Positions 58,871 through 64,000 of a DNA stretch of 64,000 nt are shown here, one piece after another (the stretch's first letter is position 1; the number at the start of each line of letters is the position of its first letter). The stretch is from Spirochaetia bacterium (lineage in GTDB: Bacteria; Spirochaetota; Spirochaetia; UBA9216), in NCBI GenBank assembly GCA_963675665.1, contig OY776510.1, forward strand, positions 896,001 through 960,000, given 5' to 3'. Position numbers and translations under genes: made by a program. The notes under the pieces were generated by a model. It worked only from the letters and a program-made list of their open reading frames with translations, made no database searches and was not told the DNA's origin.

Positions 58871-60751
58871 ATGGAGGTGTCCATGGAAAACTTGAATATG
58901 TCTCAGGAAGACAGATTTCGACGGTTGATAGAAAAGATGCCGGAATATTGTATTTTCTATGCCCATGATGCCAATGGTGTTTATAAATATATCAATCCCG
59001 GGGGCACAAAACTTTGCGGATATACAATTGAAGAGTTTTCCTTTCACTATACGGATATATATACGAAAAATCCGATAAATCAGAAAGCCATAGAACACAC
59101 GAATCTAAGCCTGAAGGGTATAGTTCAGCCCCCATATGAAGTTGAGCTCTATCATAAAAACGGATCGATATTACGCCTCGAAACATTAGAATTTCCCGTG
59201 TTTGATAAGGAAGGAAATGTTATTGCGGTAGAAGGTATTGCCCGGGATATTACCGAACAAAAGCGGATGGAAGAGGAGCTTGTCAGAGCAAAGGAAGAGG
59301 CTGAAAAAGCTAATAACGAAATGTCGGCTTTTTTGGCTACAATGACTCACGAATTGAGAACACCTTTAAACGCGGTTGTAAATCTTGTAGATCTCGCCTC
59401 TCATAATTCGAAGGATCTTCAGGTAAAGAAGTATCTGGAAATGGTGCGGGAAACTTCGGCACATCTTATTAAAATAATTAATAATGTTCTTGATTTTTCC
59501 AGAATTGAATCTAACCAGCTGACCCTGGAAAAAATTGATTTCAATATCAGGGAAGAAATTCAATTGATTCTGGATTTATTTTCAATGCAGTTTCAGGAAA
59601 AGAAAATTCAGATTAAAACAAATTTCGAAAAGGATGTCCCTGAATATATTCAGGGAGATTCAATAAGATTGAAACAGATATTAATAAATATTATTAACAA
59701 TGCAATTAAATTTTCTGATAAAGGAACAATCTATATAGACGTTGCAGTTTATGAAAAAAAATCGGAAGATTTAACATTAATATTCTCCATCAAGGATGAA
59801 GGTATTGGAATAGAAAAGGAAAAACAAAAGGATATTTTTAACAGTTTCTATCAGGCGGATAGTTCATTCGCACGAAAATATGGCGGCACAGGTTTGGGAT
59901 TGTCAATTTGCCGGCATCTGCTTGAAATGATGGGCGGGGAAATTTGGGTGGAAAGCGACCCCGGAAAAGGAAGTATTTTCCGATTTACTTTAATTACCGG
60001 AATTGGAAACAAGGAAAATATATTATCTGTGGACCCCGGCAACCCGGAACATTTTTATAGTCTTGAACAGTCAAACATTAAAATACTTTTAGTTGATGAT
60101 AATGCTATAAATATCAAAGTTGCGGAAAGTTTCCTGGGCAATCTGGGTTATACCGTTAATACGGCACAAAACGGGAAAGAGGCATTAAGTAAACTCGCAG
60201 CCGGGAAATACGATATTGTATTAATGGATATTGAGATGCCGGAACAGGATGGAATAGAGACCACGAGGAAAATCCGGTCTGGTTTATACGGAACACTTAA
60301 CAAAGAAACCCCGGTAATTGCGTTATCCGCCCACGGGACAGAAGAGATAAAAATTAAATGTGAAGAAGCCGGCATAAACGGACATCTTATCAAACCGATT
60401 AATTTTAGAAACGTAAATTTACTTATAAGAAAGATGTGCAAGAAGAAAAATGATTTTTCTCCGGAATCGAATGAAAAACTTCCGGAAGAAAGTGTAATGG
60501 AAAGCCTCAAAAGCGAAGCTGTTGAAAATATTAGGACACAATTATTGAAACTTCAGGATGCTTTTCTCTCCGGGGATCGCGCTGTTATGAAAGAAATATT
60601 ACATGATATTAAAGGTATAGCTCTGTACTTCGATTATGATGACATTAAGGATATTACCTCCAAAATGTATAATGATATTACTGAAATGAAAAAAGAACGA
60701 ATAATAGAATTCCTTGACAGAATAAATAAAGAAATAAATAAAATTATGTAA
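58871..60751 (+). CDS. PAS hybrid histidine kinase with receiver and Hpt-like tail
   Basis: FLATMTHELRTPLN, NAIKF, GGTGLGL, VLMDIEMP, LHDIKG. Confidence 0.92.
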   Translation: MEVSMENLNMSQEDRFRRLIEKMPEYCIFYAHDANGVYKYINPGGTKLCGYTIEEFSFHYTDIYTKNPINQKAIEHTNLSLKGIVQPPYEVELYHKNGSILRLETLEFPVFDKEGNVIAVEGIARDITEQKRMEEELVRAKEEAEKANNEMSAFLATMTHELRTPLNAVVNLVDLASHNSKDLQVKKYLEMVRETSAHLIKIINNVLDFSRIESNQLTLEKIDFNIREEIQLILDLFSMQFQEKKIQIKTNFEKDVPEYIQGDSIRLKQILINIINNAIKFSDKGTIYIDVAVYEKKSEDLTLIFSIKDEGIGIEKEKQKDIFNSFYQADSSFARKYGGTGLGLSICRHLLEMMGGEIWVESDPGKGSIFRFTLITGIGNKENILSVDPGNPEHFYSLEQSNIKILLVDDNAINIKVAESFLGNLGYTVNTAQNGKEALSKLAAGKYDIVLMDIEMPEQDGIETTRKIRSGLYGTLNKETPVIALSAHGTEEIKIKCEEAGINGHLIKPINFRNVNLLIRKMCKKKNDFSPESNEKLPEESVMESLKSEAVENIRTQLLKLQDAFLSGDRAVMKEILHDIKGIALYFDYDDIKDITSKMYNDITEMKKERIIEFLDRINKEINKIM

Positions 60752-61400
60752 GATTTGGTAATAAATTATTCTGTATTGCAAAAACCACAAGGTCGGTAGT
60801 ATTATGCGTTTTCAATTTGTTTTTTATGTTGTTTTTATGAGCCTCCACGGTCTTGGAGCTGATAAATAATTTTTGAGCAATTTCCTTTGACGTGTTCCCC
60901 AGAGCCAGTTCCCGTAAAATTTCAATTTCTCTTTTAGAAAGAGTATCCAGCAGTGGAGATTTTGATTTATAGGTTTTATGAAGAAAGTCTTCTATCAATA
61001 TCAGAGAAATATCAGGGGTGATATACTTTTTCCCCTGGCGTACCATTTTTACAGCAAATATAAGCTCTTCATCCGACACATTTTTTAGTAAATATGCATC
61101 GGCTCCGGCTTCCAATGCTTCGTAAATCAGTAATTCATCAGAATAGGCGGTAAGAATAATTACTTTAATATCCGGTGAGTATTCCTTTATCTTTTTAGTA
61201 GCCAGTGGTCCGTTCATTTCCGGCATTTTTAAATCCATCAGAACAATATCAGGATTTTCCTTATGAATGAGATTTATTACCTGATAACCATTTTTAGCCA
61301 TTCCTGAAACATTGAATGAAGGAATGGAAGAAATATGAGCGCAAAGTCCTTTAAGGATAATATCCTGATCCTCTGCAATAATAAAAGTCGTTTCATCCAT
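60744..61400 (-). CDS. NarL/LuxR response regulator
   Basis: Receiver VLMDLKMP plus LSKREIEIL...SSKTVEAH. Confidence 0.92.
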   Translation of the reverse strand: MDETTFIIAEDQDIILKGLCAHISSIPSFNVSGMAKNGYQVINLIHKENPDIVLMDLKMPEMNGPLATKKIKEYSPDIKVIILTAYSDELLIYEALEAGADAYLLKNVSDEELIFAVKMVRQGKKYITPDISLILIEDFLHKTYKSKSPLLDTLSKREIEILRELALGNTSKEIAQKLFISSKTVEAHKNNIKNKLKTHNTTDLVVFAIQNNLLPNLT

Positions 61401-61560
61401 AAATTACATTTTATACTCCTTCAGAGAATATTGGAATAAGATTAATCCTTAGGTAAAAGTATTTATATATTTTAAAAAAAATACAAATTTATGCGAATTG
61501 TGTGTAATTCATTGGTGGATTACACTGAAATTAATTTTTTACTATCGGGAGATTTTTAGT

Positions 61561-62475
61561 ATGAGCCGCATTTTGAGAGTTGGAATGATACAAATGCCTG
61601 TTGATAAATCTAAAGAAGCTAATATTTCATATCTTACAAAAGCAATTGAAGAGATGATGGAGCAGTATACGCGGCCGGAAATAATTATTGCCGGTGAATT
61701 CAATCTGTCTTTCGAGGCAGAGACGATACCTGGTCCCATTTCAGATCATTTTTGTAAGTTGGCAAAGAAATACGGTATATATATGCTTCCGGGTTCTTAT
61801 CCTGAAAAACATTCAGAACTTAAAGAAAATGAATATTACAATGCAGCTCCAATAATAAATCCGGAAGGGGAAATAATAGAAATTTACAGAAAAATGTTCC
61901 CTTATTATCCTATGGAAGAATCACGTCCGGGGAAAAACTATGTAGTTTTCGATATGCCGGAGAAGAATACAAAAATCGGCGTGCAGATTTGTTATGATGT
62001 TTACTTTCCTGAAGTGTCAAGAAACGAAGCTCTGATGGGTGCAGAGGTCCTCGTTAAGCTTACAATGGACATGCAGCCGCTGTTAAAGCCTTACAGGTAT
62101 TTTCCCGTCGTCAGGGCTGTAGAAAATCAGGCCTATTTTATTTCGGTAAATGATGTAGGCAATATCATGGGATGCACATTGTACGGTCATTCAATGGTAG
62201 CCGATCCAAACGGAAATATTCTTTTCGAGGCCGATGGTGTACCGAATAATGTTGTATTTCCGATTGACCTGGATGTTGTTTCTGTTTCCCGGGAATACGG
62301 GACATTATTGATGGATCAAACAATGAAACATCTGGCAAGTATAAATCCACCTCAGCCTTTTTCAAAAAACTTTTCGGATGCTCCTTTATATAAAAACCTT
62401 GGAGCTCCCTCTGATACAACCGACAGTTTTATCAAAAAGATAGCAGACATAGGAATCTGTAAGAATAAAATGTAA
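61561..62475 (+). CDS. Carbon-nitrogen hydrolase (nitrilase superfamily)
   Basis: Triad E (AGEF), K (YRKMFP), C (ICYD). Confidence 0.9.
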   Translation: MSRILRVGMIQMPVDKSKEANISYLTKAIEEMMEQYTRPEIIIAGEFNLSFEAETIPGPISDHFCKLAKKYGIYMLPGSYPEKHSELKENEYYNAAPIINPEGEIIEIYRKMFPYYPMEESRPGKNYVVFDMPEKNTKIGVQICYDVYFPEVSRNEALMGAEVLVKLTMDMQPLLKPYRYFPVVRAVENQAYFISVNDVGNIMGCTLYGHSMVADPNGNILFEADGVPNNVVFPIDLDVVSVSREYGTLLMDQTMKHLASINPPQPFSKNFSDAPLYKNLGAPSDTTDSFIKKIADIGICKNKM

Positions 62476-62489
62476 CAAGGAGAAATTTT

Positions 62490-63893
62490 ATGGGTACAAA
62501 TGAAAAACATTTATCAAAAGCAATAAGCCCCCTGATGATGTGGGCTGCCGCGGCAGGAATGTTGATTGGTCCATGGCTGGTAGTAACAACCTGGTTCTTT
62601 TCTTTATCAGGGCCGTCGTTGACGCTTGCCTGCCTGATTACAGGTGTGCTTATGATTCCTATTGCGATGCTCTACGGCGAAATGGTAAGTATGCTCCCTG
62701 CAGCAGGGGGCAGTTATCATTTTACAGCAAATGCCTTCGGTTCGGCGGTTGGTTTTTCTTCTACATGGATGATAGGATTGGCATATATGGGGCTTATTGC
62801 CTTTAATGTCACTGCCCCCATCTTTATTATGCAGGCCGCAGGGTGGCTGCCGGAAACCGAATTGGTCAGGGTTTTTGCTGCTGTTTTGCTTGCAGTAATA
62901 TTCGGGATTATAAATTACTTCAAAGTTGAATTAACAACTAAAATACAGTTTATAATGGTCGCGGGATTATTAGTTGCAGGCCTGCTGGTTAATGGAGTTC
63001 TGTTATTTTTTTCCGGAGGCTGGACTGTAACGAATCTTCAACCGTTTTTTTCTACCGGAACAGGCGGTTTCATGTTGTCAGTCGGTTTGTTGTCAAATCT
63101 ATATTTTGGATTTGAAGCAATACCGCAGCTTGTAGAAGAAGCAAAGTATCCTCCGAAAAAAAATGTAAAAGTAATTCTTGTGGCCATAGGAACAGCCTGG
63201 TTAATTTATTCTGTAGCATTTCTGGGAATCTCCGGATGCGCTCCTCTGTCATGGATACTTGAACATGAGCTTTCGCCTGCGGAAGTGCTGCTTTATGTCT
63301 GGAAAGGGAATCCTCTCGGTGTAATCGGGTTCACAGTTGCAATGATTGTCGGAGCACTGGGTGCAACAACAGGCTTTAACGGTTTCTGGATAGCCTTGAA
63401 CAGGCTCTTTTATGCATTAGGGCGGGCAAAAATATTTCCGAGAAGATTTTCCAATCTGAATAAGCATAAAAGCCCCGGGTTCGCTAACTGGGTATCTATG
63501 AGTATAATAATTGTTCTGATACTTATTTCAGGTTCCGATTGGATTCAGGTATTATATGTTCTAATGACACTTGCTATTGCAATAGTATATTGTCTTGATT
63601 CACTTGCTTTTATAGCGTTAAGGAAAAAACACCCTGACTGGCCGCGGCCGTATAAACTGAAAAGCGGAATGGTTGTAGGTTTTCTTGCTTTGGCAGCGAG
63701 TGCTTTCTGTCTCTTCTGGTGTGTATATGCAATGACCGGCAGAGCCTGGATTATTTTTGTAATTTATCTGATTCTTGGCGTTATTGTTTATTTAAAACAG
63801 ATGTCTGTGCTGAAAAAGGAAAATGAAAAACCTTTTATCGTAACACCCAGTAATATTGATGAGGCAAATGAAATTATTCAGGAAGATGTTTAA
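62490..63893 (+). CDS. APC-family amino acid/amine permease
   Basis: YGEM.S.LP.AGGSY, YFGFE, RLFYALGR, RPYK. Confidence 0.9.
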   Translation: MGTNEKHLSKAISPLMMWAAAAGMLIGPWLVVTTWFFSLSGPSLTLACLITGVLMIPIAMLYGEMVSMLPAAGGSYHFTANAFGSAVGFSSTWMIGLAYMGLIAFNVTAPIFIMQAAGWLPETELVRVFAAVLLAVIFGIINYFKVELTTKIQFIMVAGLLVAGLLVNGVLLFFSGGWTVTNLQPFFSTGTGGFMLSVGLLSNLYFGFEAIPQLVEEAKYPPKKNVKVILVAIGTAWLIYSVAFLGISGCAPLSWILEHELSPAEVLLYVWKGNPLGVIGFTVAMIVGALGATTGFNGFWIALNRLFYALGRAKIFPRRFSNLNKHKSPGFANWVSMSIIIVLILISGSDWIQVLYVLMTLAIAIVYCLDSLAFIALRKKHPDWPRPYKLKSGMVVGFLALAASAFCLFWCVYAMTGRAWIIFVIYLILGVIVYLKQMSVLKKENEKPFIVTPSNIDEANEIIQEDV

Positions 63894-63930
63894 AATAATA
63901 TTCATAAAATCTTTCCTGAATTTTATTTAT

Positions 63931-63966
63931 CGGCAGTCCGGATCTCAATCCGGACTGCCGTTTTTT
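63931..63966 (+). terminator. Rho-independent terminator
   Basis: CGGCAGTCCGGAT...ATCCGGACTGCCG followed by a T run. Confidence 0.88.
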
Positions 63967-64000
63967 AGTTTGCCCTGCATGGGTAATGACTTGACGGTGA

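Overview
Bacterial chromosome window, most likely a spirochaete (inferred from gene order and repeat style). About 1-28 kb is core genome: hisA/hisE, a LamG-TPR-HDOD-MBL cluster, uvrC, a long minus-strand lptC-lptA-lptB-rpoN-hpf-hprK-ptsH-(missed gene)-ntrY-ntrX-lexA-holA run, cheR/cheB, rseC, ymdB and an AAA-ATPase/VWA pair. A tRNA-Leu(CAG) at 28114-28197 opens an accessory region that runs to the end of the window. It holds two extra tRNA 3' ends (one split by a 46-bp insert), a HepT/MntA toxin-antitoxin pair, an intact IS66 with an 8-bp target duplication, and cargo modules (ABC exporter, RND pump, serine hydrolase, DUF438/4Fe-4S, MMPL, two-component/nitrilase). The main unexplained structure is at least seven co-oriented relics of one DDE (rve) element family lying between the cargo modules, together with about ten copies of a 24-bp palindrome (consensus TAATGTGG-AAAATTTT-CCACATTA). 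Also notable are a candidate ~210-nt sRNA after uvrC, a GGA-hairpin element after the tRNA, and an unannotated gene that begins with ACG. All calls come from reading motifs by eye; no searches were run.
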